Of a stretch of DNA of 64,000 nucleotides, positions 42,643 to 55,039 are shown piece after piece. The translations under genes and the position numbers were made by a program. This DNA comes from Dictyostelium discoideum (lineage: Eukaryota): contig CM000151.3 in assembly GCA_000004695.1 (NCBI GenBank), forward strand, positions 5,632,001 to 5,696,000. The letters run 5' to 3'. Numbering within the stretch: the stretch's first letter is position 1; each line of letters opens with the position of its first letter. The notes under the pieces are model-generated. The model searched no databases. It had not been told where the DNA came from and saw only the letters and a program-made list of their open reading frames with translations.

Positions 42643-43653
42643 TTAAATTATTAATTTTAATATAAATAATATTGAAGAAATTAAAATTAAAGAATAAGAT
42701 AAAACATTTGAATTTGATGGTCTATCATCGTCATCAGAATCATCATCATCATTATCATTATCAAAGATTACATATTCAACGTCTTGAGAAATTGACTCAT
42801 CACCAAAAGAAACTGTGAGTGGATATTTTCCAGACTTTGAAACCGATGGATATTTAAATACTAAATTATTTGCATCAATTGATTCGATTTCACATGGAAT
42901 ATTATTGATTTTTAAATTCAATAAATTTGGAAATGATGTTTTAAAAGAACCATTCAAATTTGATTTACCACCTGTAATATTTAATTTTGGAATATTTGTG
43001 ATTGACAATTCCTCAAATAAATAAAATGTAACAGACTCTGATATTTGGCCTCCAACATTCATCATAATTTCAAATTTACCACCTTTATCTAAATAATTTG
43101 TTGGATTAATTGAATCAGTCAATGTAATAGAACCATTAATAGCTTTTGAAGCTTTATAAATTTGACCATTCAATGTAACATTATTCTCTAATTTATAACT
43201 AAAACCTTTACCAATAATTGATAATTCACCACTGCCAGAAATAATTTGGTTATTATTATCTCTTTTCATTTTGAAAGTGTATGAAGAAATAACTGGTTTT
43301 TCATATGTATAATTAAATGTTTGATTATAATTATAATCTAAAAAGTATGCGATAATTGTAAAGTTTTTATCTGATTGGCCTGCTGGTATATCAATTTCCA
43401 ATGTTGAATCTGGTACTAAAACTTTAACTGATGCTCCACCTCCATCAATATTATCTTCCACAATAATAGTTTCGCCAATAACATCGGATCCAAAATCAAC
43501 ACCATTCACTGTTATAACTGATCCATAAGTGTTGGCAATAATATTAAGGCTTTCAACAAAAAATGTTGGGCAATTTTCAAAATCTTCACATTTTGATTCA
43601 ACTAAATTATTTAATAATAAAATCATTAAAATTGAAACTAATAATTTTATCAT
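42643..43653 (-). CDS. Secreted or GPI-anchored glycoprotein candidate, 336 aa. Signal peptide, many NxS/T sites, acidic D-rich stretch, hydrophobic C-terminus.
   Basis: Uninterrupted ORF MIKLLVSILMILLLNNLVESKCEDFENCP… ending …DNDNDDDDSDDDDRPSNSNVLSYSLILISSILFILKLII*. Typical Dictyostelium surface-protein architecture; no family recognised. Confidence 0.55.
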   Translation of the reverse strand: MIKLLVSILMILLLNNLVESKCEDFENCPTFFVESLNIIANTYGSVITVNGVDFGSDVIGETIIVEDNIDGGGASVKVLVPDSTLEIDIPAGQSDKNFTIIAYFLDYNYNQTFNYTYEKPVISSYTFKMKRDNNNQIISGSGELSIIGKGFSYKLENNVTLNGQIYKASKAINGSITLTDSINPTNYLDKGGKFEIMMNVGGQISESVTFYLFEELSITNIPKLNITGGKSNLNGSFKTSFPNLLNLKINNIPCEIESIDANNLVFKYPSVSKSGKYPLTVSFGDESISQDVEYVIFDNDNDDDDSDDDDRPSNSNVLSYSLILISSILFILKLII

Positions 43654-43675
43654 TTTTTTTTTATAATTATTTATT

Positions 43676-43716
43676 TATTTTATTTATTTAGTTATTTATT
43701 TAGTTATTTATTTATT

Positions 43717-43747
<31 letters not shown>

Positions 43748-43772
43748 TCTATTTATTTATTTATTTGTTTAC

Positions 43773-43855
<83 letters not shown>

Positions 43856-43860
43856 TTAAT
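43676..43860. repeat. (ATTT)n tetranucleotide repeat of about 45 units immediately upstream of the secreted-protein gene.
   Basis: Run of TTTATTTATTTA… with a few variant units (TTTAGTTA, TTTATCTA). Confidence 0.95.
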
Positions 43861-44951
43861 TTGTATATTAATTTTTTTTTTGTTTATTTTTTAAAATGTG
43901 TAATTGTTTCTAATTTAATTTTTATTATTTTTTAATTTTATTTTATTTCTTATATCTCTATTTCAAAACTATTTTGTTTTTTTTTTTAAAAAAAAAATAT
44001 TTAATGCGCTTTATATTTATTATGTTTATTAAATTTAAAGTTTTATTGTATGTGTGTATTAATAAGTGATGAAGTAAATTTTTAAAGTGTCAATGGTGAA
44101 ATAAACGAAAAAAATTAGTAAAAAGAAAAAAAAAAAAAAATGCACACACAAGTTGTTTACGAGATATTTATTTTTAGAGGGTTTTATTGATTGTCCAGAC
44201 TAATTAATTATTGATTGTAATCATGGCATTATAAGAAAAATCACTCATCATCTTTAACTGACAACCCAAATTGCCCTCGTTTTTTCAAAAAAATCCTCAA
44301 ATCTGGTGAATATTAATAAAAAAAAAATAAAAATAAAAATAAAAAAAAATTTTAAAAAAAAAAAAACCTATGCCAGATTATTGGTTTCGCTGTTGTAACC
44401 GACAAAAGTCATATGAATTTTTTTTTTTTTTATTAATATGTGAATGCCTGATTAATTGGCTCATAAGGTTTTTTTAATAAAACAATTCATAGAATATATT
44501 TATAAAATTCTAATCAACACTCCAAATTTTTTTTTTGTGTATTTCTGGCGAATCAATTTTCTTCTTTTTAAAAAAAAAAAAAAAAAAAAATCACAATTTT
44601 AAAGATATTGATATTTAAATATGAAGTTGATAGGTTGCAAACTGTGGCGAATCAATTTTCTTTTTAAAAAAAAAAAAAATTAAAAGAAAAAAAAAAAAAA
44701 AAATTTAAATTAATAAACCAATGAAAATAAATTCGAAACCTTTCAAACAATAATAACTTTTATATTTTACTCTATTCCAATTAAGTTTACAAGTTTATTG
44801 AGAAGTTTTTTTTTTATTTTTATTGTTCAGCACTAGAATAATAAAATTTAAAGAGGTTTTCCTTTTTTTTTTTTTTTTTTTTTTTTTCCTTTTCTTTTTT
44901 TTTTCTTTTTAGACGAATAAATTTGAATTAGGACCTAAAAAATATTTAATA

Positions 44952-45219
44952 TTAATAGTATATTCTAAAAATGATATAGTTTTTATTTTTATTATTATTA
45001 TGATAATTACCAAAATAAGCCATAACTAAGCCCATTAAACTTAGTGATACTGGTGATAAAATTGTTCTAACGCTAGAATCTTTTGATTTTAAATTTGAAA
45101 GATATGCAACGCAACATACTGCACTAACCCATAAACAAATTTTATACTAATAAAATGAAATTATGATAAATTGAATATTAATACCTTGTCAATACTCATA
45201 TATTAACAATTATTTTTAC

Positions 45220-45316
<97 letters not shown>

Positions 45317-45527
45317 TTATTGTTATTTCTATTTTATTTATTTTATGTTAATTATTATTTATTTATTTTTGGTGAGATATGCTTGTACAAACTTTTAACA
45401 TAATTCCTAAAAATCCAAATATAATTGAAAATAATGAATATAATTCGAGTTCACCTTCTTTTGGTTCGGTTGAAGCTCTCATTTCAAAACGTTCTACAAT
45501 TAATGACTCTTTTCTTGGGTCTGACAT
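44952..45527 (-). CDS. Small hydrophobic membrane protein, about 109 aa with 2–3 TM segments. Exons 45527..45393 and 45146..44952; identity unresolved, tentative.
   Basis: MSDPRKESLIVERFEMRASTEPKEGELELYSLFSIIFGFLGIMLK|GTTTGT … (T)nATTAG|YKICLWVSAVCCVAYLSNLKSKDSSVRTILSPVSLSLMGLVMAYFGNYH…*. The intron contains (ATT)34. The plus-strand ORF 45379..45609 in the track is the antisense of exon 1. Weak resemblance to SPCS1/SPC12-type hairpin membrane subunits only. Confidence 0.35.
45214..45315. repeat. (ATT)34 inside the intron of the small membrane-protein gene.
   Basis: Read directly. Confidence 0.95.
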
Positions 45528-45760
45528 TTTATTTATGTTTTTTTATTTATTTATTAAAAAAAAAAAAAATAAAAAAAAAATAAAAAAAAAAAATGAAAAA
45601 TTTTGTTGAGTTCCAAAAAATAAAAAAATAAAAAAAATAAAAAAAAATAAAAAAATAAAAAAAAAATAGTTAATATAACAATTAAATAAAATAAAATAAA
45701 AAATATCTATTTAATTTTAATAAATAAATTAATTAATTAAAAAAGTAACAAAAAAAGTAA

Positions 45761-45795
<35 letters not shown>

Positions 45796-46002
45796 AAAAT
45801 AATTGTTGAAGCACCATCATTAAAATTTGAAAAAAAAAAAAAATAAAAAAAAAAAAAAAAATAAAAAATTTTTTTTAATTTTAAAATTAATTAAACAAAA
45901 CACAAAAGAATAGATAATCAAATAGATAAAAAATTTAGTGATAGATAAATAAATAAATAATACTTTAATTAATTAATAACAAAATTAATTCAACAAGTAC
46001 CA

Positions 46003-47062
46003 ATGAAATTTATTATTTTTATTTTATCATCAATTTTAATAATATACATTGGTTATGTTGTTGGTATTGATAGGTCAACAATAACAGAACCAAAACTTGG
46101 TGATTTACAAAATATTAAAAATGACAAATTAATATCATCTACAAACAATCCTCCATTACCATTTCTATCAAGAAAACAATTTAAATATAATGTAGTTTTA
46201 AAAAAGAATAAAAATAAAGAAAACAAACAACAAACTAAAGAAAACAATGATAATAATGATGAAAATGAAGATACTACTACTACTTCTAATACTGCTACAA
46301 TACCAGTAACAACTAATAATAATAATAATAATAATGAATTTAATACAATTAATATGGCATCAAAAGATGGTTCAATTTATAAATGTTTAATACCAAAACC
46401 AATTAAAGAGACTAAAGAAAAGTGGATTCAAATTCCAACTGTTGAAACAATTAAAGAATCACTTTCAAATTTAAAACAAAAATGTATTAAATCAGCTAAT
46501 CCAGGTTTATGGTGGTCATACGAATTTTGTTATCATGATAAAGTTAGACAAGTGCATGTTGAAAAGAATGAAGTTCAAAGTGAATTCATATTGGGTACTT
46601 TTATTGATTCACCTCAAAATGGTGCAATCAAAGGTATAGATCAAACTATTTTAGAAAAGTATATGAAAAAAGAAATCACTGAACTACCTCAATCAACTAC
46701 AACAACACCTTCAAATTTTTTACCTTATTTTAGTGAAAAATATGAAGATGGTACTGTTTGTGAAATTTTAAATATTAAAAGGTATATATATATATATAAC
46801 ATTTATTTCTTTATTCCTTTATTTATTTCTTTATTTTAGTAGTTGTAGTAGTATTAATTTATAATTTATTATTATACTTTATAGACATACTGAAGTTAGA
46901 TACTATTGTTCTAAAGATGCAATTCAACCAACAATTCAAGATATAGGTGAACCATCTTCTTGTGCATATTTATTAAAAGTTTTAACAAACAAAATGTGTA
47001 TTCACCCATTATTCCAACCAAAACAAAATAAAGCATTGGATATTCAATGCACGAAAATATAA
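46003..47062 (+). CDS. MRH (mannose-6-phosphate-receptor-homology) domain protein, an OS-9/Yos9- or glucosidase-II-beta-like ER lectin; signal peptide; 318 aa. Exons 46003..46781 and 46885..47062.
   Basis: N-terminal signal MKFIIFILSSILIIYIGYVVG. MRH signature: GLWWSYEFCYHDKVRQVHVEKNEVQSEFILGTF…EKYEDGTVCEILNIKR|HTEVRYYCSKDAIQPTIQDIGEPSSCAYLLKVLTNKMCIHPLF. Intron GTATAT…TTTATAG, phase 2. Confidence 0.75.
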
Positions 47063-47099
47063 AATAAATAAAAGTAAACTTAAAAAATATACATACACA

Positions 47100-47103
<4 letters not shown>

Positions 47104-47150
<47 letters not shown>
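47104..47150. repeat. (TA)23 dinucleotide repeat 3' of the MRH-domain gene.
   Basis: Read directly. Confidence 0.9.
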
Positions 47151-47152
<2 letters not shown>

Positions 47153-47308
47153 ATAATTTAATAAAATAATAAATAATCAATATTGTTTTATTTTATTTTC
47201 TGTTACACTTTTTTTTTTTTTTTAATTTTTTTTTTTTTAAAATTTTATTAGTTTTTTTTTTTTATTTTTTTTATTATTATTATTTATATGTTCATATTTT
47301 CTTTGATT

Positions 47309-48331
47309 TTAATCAAAGAATTTACGACTAGTACTGGCACCATATAATTGAGTACGAATGACTGGGGTAAGTTGATCAAAGCAAATTTCAAGACGAGAAT
47401 CTAAAGTGTTTTTGCAAATGATTCTACCTTCAAGAGCAGATAAGATAACACCACCGCAACAAGTTGGACCGTTGTAGTCAGATTTTGGACCTTGTGGTAA
47501 GAATCTTTCTTTATCAACTGAAACATCGATTGATTTACCGACGTTCTTTTTGTATTGAGCAGCAGCTTCAGTGGTGGCTTTTTCAAGGAGACCAGCATCT
47601 TCTTTACGACCAACAACTTGAATCTTGTTTTCATTTAATTTAACAAAACCTTGGTAGATTAAATTCTTTAAGATGGTTTGATATTTATCTTTGTCATCAG
47701 AGATGGTGGCGAGTTTCTTTTGTGCCTCCTTGATAACATCACGAAGACATTCTTCTCTAACTTTTAATACTGATAAACGTGATTTATTTAATTCATTTGA
47801 AAGATTGCTAAAAAAAAAAAAAAAATGAATAAATAAATAAATGAATGAATGAATGAATGAATGAATGAATGAAAAATGTTAGTTGATGTTTTTGTTTTAA
47901 AGAGGGGAGGTGGGAGTGGGGTGAAGATGTGTTTTTTTTTTTATTTTTCCTTTTCCTTTTTTTCCTTTTATAGGAAAGAATAAAATGAATGAATGAATAA
48001 ATATGGGAAAAATGAATGAATGAAAAAGACGAACGAGAATTTTGAAAGAATATAAAGTGTGTGTGTGTGAAATAAAGTGAATGTATATTTTTTTTTTTTA
48101 AAAAAAAAATCTATTAAAAAATCTTTACATTTTCTTTTGTACTTCAATTAATTTTTGTTTCTTTTCATATTCTTTAATGATTTTAATTTTTTCGTTTTGG
48201 AAAATTCTACCTTTTTCTGAAGTGAATTCTTGAGTGGCTTTTGTTTTAATTTCATTGGCTTTATCTTGTGCTTCTTGTAAAATGAAATTTTTCATTTGGT
48301 CAAGTTGAGCGTTTACTTGAGTGTCATCCAT
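47309..48331 (-). CDS. vatE: V-type H+-ATPase subunit E, 233 aa. Exons 48331..48129 and 47807..47309.
   Basis: MDDTQVNAQLDQMKNFILQEAQDKANEIKTKATQEFTSEKGRIFQNEKIKIIKEYEKKQKLIEVQKK(I) | NLSNELNKSRLSVLKVREECLRDVIKEAQKKL…ICKNTLDSRLEICFDQLTPVIRTQLYGASTSRKFFD*. Aligns along its whole length with ATP6V1E/Vma4. Donor AT|GTAAAG, acceptor (T)13AG. The intron contains (GAAT)8. Confidence 0.9.
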
Positions 48332-48585
48332 TTTATATTCGTGTGTATGTAATATATAAGTTTACAAAAAAAAAAAAAAATTATTAAACAAAAATTAAAA
48401 AAAGAAAATAATAAAACTTTTTAATAAAAAAAAAAAAAAAAAAAAAAAATTTTTTGATTTTTTTTAAAAAAAAAAAAAAAATTTAAAAAAAAAAAAAATA
48501 AAAAAAAATTTCGATTGCCTGGTAAAAAAACTGGGCTATTAATCTTTTTATATACCAGTGTGTAAAAAAAAAAAAAAAAAAATTC

Positions 48586-48616
<31 letters not shown>

Positions 48617-49723
48617 TTTAAAAACCTATGAAACTTAAATAGCAATAAATCTTCTGGTCAAAACAATGTTTTTTTTTTTTGTTTAGAGGGTAAATTAATA
48701 AAAAAAACTCGTTTTAAAAAATAAAAATAAAAATAAAAATAAAAATAAAAATAAAAAATAAAAAAAAAAAAAAATAAAAAAAAAAAAATAAAAAATTAAT
48801 TACTGTCAATTTAATTCAATATGATCTCAACAAAAAAGAAATTTAAATAATCCATTTTTTTTTTTTTTTTGTTGTAAAAAATATAAATATAACTTATTTA
48901 TTTCAATCCAAAGGATTTACCAGAGAATTTAATTAAGGAAAATAAATAAATAAAAAAAAAAAATAAAAAAAAAAAAAAAACCTTTTGATAATATAATAAT
49001 ATATCCTTCAAAGTTTTATAAATAAATAAATTTAATAAACTAAGGGACATAAGTTTAACAAATGGATAAAAAAAAAAAAAAAATAAAAAAAAAAAAAAAT
49101 AATAAAAATAACAATGAAATAAAGAATAAAATAAAAATTAAAATAATGGCTTGATTCAGGTGAAAAGCACTAAATTATAATTTGATTTTTGAATTTTTCA
49201 AAAGATCTACTCTTTTTTTTTTTTTTTTTGTTATTATTTTTTTATTTATCCTTTCTTTGAAAGATAGGAAAAATGCACTTGAAATCTAACAGACATTGTT
49301 TTGGAATTTCAATATTTAATTAAAATTAAAAAAATAAAAAAAAAAAATTTTAAATTTTAAATTTTAATATTTTTTTATTTTTTTATTTTTTTTTTTTTAG
49401 GTGTGTTGTTTTTTAAGATCTAAAAAAATAAAAAATAAAAAATAAAAAATAAAATAAAAAACAAAAAACAATTAATTTTATTTATTTAACTTTTTTTTTT
49501 TTTTCTCAAACATAAGATATTTTTTATTTTTTTTTATTTTTTATTTTTTTAATTTTCCAAAGACTTCTTTTTTTTTTTTATTTTTTGTTTACAAAAATTT
49601 CGCTTCTCACATTTTTCATCCCTTTTTTTTTTTTTAAAAAAAAAAAATAAATAAAGTTGTACACAACTCAATACACACACATATATATTAATATATTAAT
49701 ATATACCACACACACTATAAAAA

Positions 49724-50318
49724 ATGGATCAAAGATTTAATGATAGCGCATTGGAGCATTATTTAAATAGAAGTGGTGATTATTCAAATGATTCAGGTGA
49801 AGAAAGAGAAGAAGAGGAAGAAGAAGAGGAAGATAGAATAATAACTACAACAACTACAACAACTACAAATACATCATCATCACCACCATCATCATCATCA
49901 TCACCACCACCACTACCACCACTACCTCCATATGAAATTAATTATGATTTTGTAGAGAATGCAGAAGAAGAAGAATATATACAAAGACAAGTTCAAAGTG
50001 AATCAATTAGACAAGAGAATAAAAGAGAAGAGATGGAAAATCTTTATTATTCAATTCATAATAATATATTTTCAAATATTTATGCTGGTGGTGAATTAAC
50101 AGCAAAACAACAAGCATATATTCAAAAACATCAAGATATTATCTCTGATTTACCTTATGAAGTATTATGTAAAATTTTATCATTTTTAGATGTAAATACT
50201 TTAATTTCAACATCACTAGTTTCAAATTTATTTAATAAAATTTCAAATTCAAATGAAATTTGTAATGTATCATCATTCATCATTCACCATTCATCATCTT
50301 TTTATTTATAATTTACTA

Positions 50319-50414
<96 letters not shown>

Positions 50415-50707
50415 TTTAGGGAAACCAAAATGTAAAACATTTAATATTGAAGATAGTGAATATATGTTAAAAAAAGCAACTATTTATACATCAAGTCCAA
50501 AACAAACATCAATTAATAATGTGGTAATTAATGAAAATAATGAAACAATTCAACAATCACCAATATTTTCAAATACAACAGTATATGATTTAAAATCATC
50601 ATTTATGACTGCCCATACATCAAGATTCTATACTGATGATTTAGAACCATATTATGATAATGTTGAACAATATAGCAATGGTGACGATGAATATGATGAT
50701 GAAGAGT

Positions 50708-50739
<32 letters not shown>

Positions 50740-52111
50740 GAATTAAAAATTGAAAATGGATGGAAAAAATTATATATTGAATTAGGTTCAATTAAATTAT
50801 ATGGTACATATGATTTAATAGTTAAGGGTATGGAGTCATCGACATGTGATAGTCCAAGTCAAACAATTGAAAATACCTTAAGTAACGGACACGCATTCTG
50901 GAGTTCCAAAGGATCATTGACAAGTCAAGGTAACGAATATTTAATATACAAATTGGAACAACCAATTTGTATTGTGTCATCGGTGGTGTTAAGTGCATAT
51001 CGTGCTTTGTTTCAGTCTGGGTTCCCAACTTATTCACCAAAAGGTGTTATTATAAGTGTTGGCTTCTCAATGGACCAATATCATTACAAGTCTGAATTAT
51101 TCCCATGTGAACAAACTGATTCACCACAAACTTTCAAATTGGAGCCTTCATTAGTCCTAGGTGGGTACATTAGGTTAGATCTAATTGGTAAATATCAAAC
51201 TCAGTCAAGTGATAGACAGTATTATCATGCAATTAATCAAATTCAAGTAGAGGGTGTACCAATTGGTTCATTAGAAAGTAAACCAAATCTATCATTATCA
51301 ATGCTACAATTTTATTCAAAATTTAAATCACTTTCAACTTTAATTCATTATAATAATAATAATATTAATCATCCACCAAATATTGATAATTCAATTTTGA
51401 CAACCACTACTACCACCACAACTACCACTACTACGAGTACTAGTACTAGTACTACAGGTAAAGATGAATTTACATATAAAGAAATTTTATCAAAACTTCG
51501 TAGTTATATGGCACCTAAATTGGATAAAGCACGTATAAAGAAACAGAATATTTATAATGTTATAAGTGATATTGTTGAAGGTCGTTTTGAACAAGCTATT
51601 GATACAATTTTTAAGAATGATTTAAGAAGTAAGAAAATATTTAATATTTGTGTTCAATCAAGTAATGATAATGTAATTAATAAATATTTTTGAAAGTTTA
51701 TTAGTTAGTGGTAAAAGATTCTCAACTGATGAAACTTTGTTTTTGGCAAATCAAGCTTGTTTAGATGGAAATATCACCATTTTCACTAGACTACTACTAA
51801 CAAGTAGAATATCACCTTCACCTGATTTAGGTGATTTAATGCTATCAAATGGTTATGCATTGATTGCAGCTGAAATATTTAGTCAATGTCAAATTCTAGA
51901 TAGAGCAATTCAATGTCTTTTCATTGCTGGTTGTCATGAAGAAGCTTTATTGTATACTAGAAACTATACAAATGATAATCCATTAGATATAGTTTATCTT
52001 ATAAAATTATTTAGACAATATTCCTTATATCAAGGTTGTCATTTTACAATTATATTTTTAGAATTTTATAATTCAATTAGAAATGAATTAGAAAATAGAA
52101 GAAGAGGAAGA

Positions 52112-52199
<88 letters not shown>

Positions 52200-52456
52200 G
52201 TGGTGGTTTTGATGAAGATGATCAAGGTGGTAGATTTATAAATAATATGACAATTGAAGCTGATACTATTGGTCAAGTTTTTGATATTAATAATATTTCA
52301 GATTCAAATGATATCACTACTTTATTAACAGAATTAAAGAAACTTTTTAAAACTCTAAAAAAAGAATCACCAATTAGAACTCCAACTCAAACATTTTCAA
52401 GATTATCAAATTTCTTTTCATCTTTTCAAACAATTAGAGTAAATAGAACAGAGTAA
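49724..52456 (+). CDS. F-box domain protein, about 832 aa, with acidic and poly-N/T low-complexity tracts. Exons 49724..50261, 50420..51628, 51705..52456.
   Basis: F-box: DLPYEVLCKILSFLDVNTLISTSLVSNLFNKISNSNEI-W. The Trp codon is split T|GTAATG…(ATT)n…TTTTTAG|GG. The second intron (GTAAGA…TTTATTAG, 76 nt) removes the apparent stop of ORF 50464..51693 and joins it in phase 1 to ORF 51737..52456. The central region (…GWKKLYIELGSIKLYG…TLSNGHAFWSSKG…EYLIYKL…SAYRALFQSGFPTYSPKGVIISVGF…YIRLDLIGKYQ…) resembles a galactose-binding-like/FBA-type beta-sandwich, but the family is not certain. Confidence 0.6.
50321..50414. repeat. (ATT)31 in intron 1 of the F-box gene.
   Basis: Read directly; ends at the intron acceptor TTTTTAG. 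Confidence 0.95.
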
Positions 52457-52518
52457 TAATATTAATAAAATAAAATAAAATAAAAATAAAAATTAATTAA
52501 TTATTTATTTATTCATTG

Positions 52519-52567
<49 letters not shown>

Positions 52568-52835
52568 TTATGGTGAAATTACTTTTACTTTTTAAAATTA
52601 AAATTTTATATTTTTGTCCAATTAAAATAATAATAATTCTATTTTGGTGGAATGTGGTTGTTTTTTTTTTCCCCAAAACTATATAGGTAATGATTTAGTA
52701 AAAAAAAATGGATTACTAAAAAAAATCTTTATTCGATTGTTCCATTTTGGAATTCTTTTTTTTTTTTTTTAAATAAATTAATTTTTTTAATTTTTTTTTT
52801 TTTTTTTTTTTTTTTTTTCCCAAGGTTTTTGGGAG

Positions 52836-52881
<46 letters not shown>

Positions 52882-52934
52882 CAGTTATTTTTTTTTTAAT
52901 TTCATTTCATTTTTTTTCAAGAAAATAAATAAAG

Positions 52935-53657
52935 ATGGCAAATACAATTAATACAAATGAAGAATTTGAAAATATTTTAAAAGATAATAAATTTTTAGTT
53001 GTTATGTTTTGGGCAGATTGGTCAAAACCATCAACTCAAATGAGAGATGTTTTTGATCAATTAGCTAAACAAGCTACAAATCAAGCAAACAATAAACTTT
53101 TATTCTTAAAAGTTGAAGCAGAGAAAGTTCATCAAATTTCTGGTAGATATAATGTTAAATCTGTACCAACTTGTATATTTTTAAATCAAGGTAAATTAGT
53201 TCAATCAGTCGTTGGTGCTAATCCATCAGAATTAGCATTACAAACAAATAATTTCTCAAAAACTTGTGATACATTACCATTGGAAGAGCAACAACAACAA
53301 CAACAAAGTGAAGAAATCATAAATAAAATTAAATTAGATCAAGAACAAGAGAAAAAATTATTAAATGAAAGATTAGAAAAACTTGTAAATCAATCACCAG
53401 TTATGTTATTTATGAAAGGTAATCCAGAGAAACCACAATGTGGTTTCTCAAATAAAACTGTTACAATCTTAAAAGAGAATGGTTTTGAATTTGGTTCATT
53501 CGATATCTTACAAGATCAAGCAGTTCGTAATGGTTTAAAGGAATATTCGAATTGGCCAACTTATCCTCAATTATATATCAATGGTAAATTAGTTGGTGGT
53601 TATGATATTATTAAAGATTTAAATGAAGAAGGTGAATTAATTGATCTTAAGCCATAG
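52935..53657 (+). CDS. PICOT/Grx3-type protein: N-terminal thioredoxin-like domain plus monothiol (CGFS) glutaredoxin domain, 240 aa, single exon.
   Basis: Trx-like segment: [26 protein letters not shown]…[10 protein letters not shown]. Monothiol Grx domain: [74 protein letters not shown]. Confidence 0.85.
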
Positions 53658-53738
53658 AATTTTTTTTTTTTAATAATTAAATAAATAAAAAAATAAATAA
53701 ATAAAAAAAAAAAAAATAAAATAAAAAAATTAAATAGG

Positions 53739-53740
<2 letters not shown>

Positions 53741-53798
<58 letters not shown>
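53741..53798. repeat. Poly(A) homopolymer of about 58 nt, 3' of the glutaredoxin gene.
   Basis: Read directly. Confidence 0.9.
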
Positions 53799-53800
<2 letters not shown>

Positions 53801-54308
53801 TTAACTTATTATTTTATTATTATAGTCATTTAATTTTTATTTAATTTATATACATATATATATTTATATATTTCACGCATTATTTCTATATTGGGCGATA
53901 GTTATTTTTATCAAGTTAATTTTTTTTTTCACTTAAATAAATAACTCCCTTTTTTTTTTTTTTTTTATTAACCTTTTCCTTCTATATAAAGGTGAATACC
54001 ATTAATGGTAATTACTTTTTTTATTTTTTTGGGGTTTAAAAAACAAGTACAGTTGATCATTTATTTAACCTCATCCATTATTTATAATCAAAACATTTTT
54101 GTAATTCATATTTCCTTGTAATAAAATTAGTTGGTGGTAAGGAAAATAATAAAATAAAATAAAATAAAATAAAATAAAATAAAATAAAATAAAATAATTC
54201 GAAATTTAAATATTTTAATATTATTTATTTTAATTAAATTAATTAATTAATTAATATTAATTTTAAATTAATTGTTACATTGTACTTAATTTCTTAAATG
54301 TTTTATTT

Positions 54309-54341
<33 letters not shown>

Positions 54342-54961
54342 ATATTTTTATCATATATACTATGTTTATAAAGTATATTTATATATAATAGTGTGGTGTG
54401 TACGTATGAGAAGAATAATTTTTTTTTTTTTGTTTTTTTAATTTTTGAAAGAACCCCCACACATATTTATCCAATAGTTTTTAGTGTTTAAAATCACCAT
54501 TTTGTTTTTATAAAATTAACATATTATTAAAAATTTTAAATATATTTTATATACTTATTTATATTTAAGTTAATTATCATAATAGGACAACTGTTTAAAA
54601 GATGAGCAATGATCCTAAACTTAGTTTTTTTTTTTTTTTTAATTTGTGGAAAAAAAATAATTGTTGATATTTTAATTTAAAATTTTTAATTGGCTATAAA
54701 TTTTTTGGAGATATTATAAAATATTATAAATAATTACAAAATATATATTCATTTATAATAAAATTATTTTATTTAAATTTTTTTTTTTATTTTTTTTTAT
54801 TTTTTTTATTTTTTATTTTAATTATATTCTCAGAAGGAAATTAAATAAAAAAATCAAATTAAATAAAAAATATTCATTTAAAAAATAGAAAGTAAATAAA
54901 TAATTTTTTTTTTTAAAACATTCTAAAAAAAAAGAAAAAAAAAAAAACCATTTTTAAAAAG

Positions 54962-55004
<43 letters not shown>

Positions 55005-55039
55005 AATAAAATAAAAAACTAAATAAATAAATCTATACA

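Noticed and set aside
45379-45609. Plus-strand ORF (76 aa) from the track
   Set aside because: Low-complexity, ends in a K/N run, and lies exactly antisense to a much more protein-like minus-strand exon (MSDPRKESLIVERF…).
47755-47775. Apparent -1 frameshift in V-ATPase subunit E exon 2 (…SRLSVLK / REECLRD…)
   Set aside because: It came from my own mis-transcription of the line beginning at 47761 (a dropped C). With the sequence as given (…TCTCTAACTTTTAATAC…), the exon reads through as …LSVLKVREECLRDV… and the frame is intact from 47807 to the stop at 47309.
51661-51705. 32–43-nt intron candidates (GTAATT… / GTAATG…TTATTAG) joining the last two F-box ORFs
   Set aside because: Too short for Dictyostelium introns. 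The 76-nt GTAAGA…TTTATTAG intron starting at 51629 gives the same phase and a normal length.
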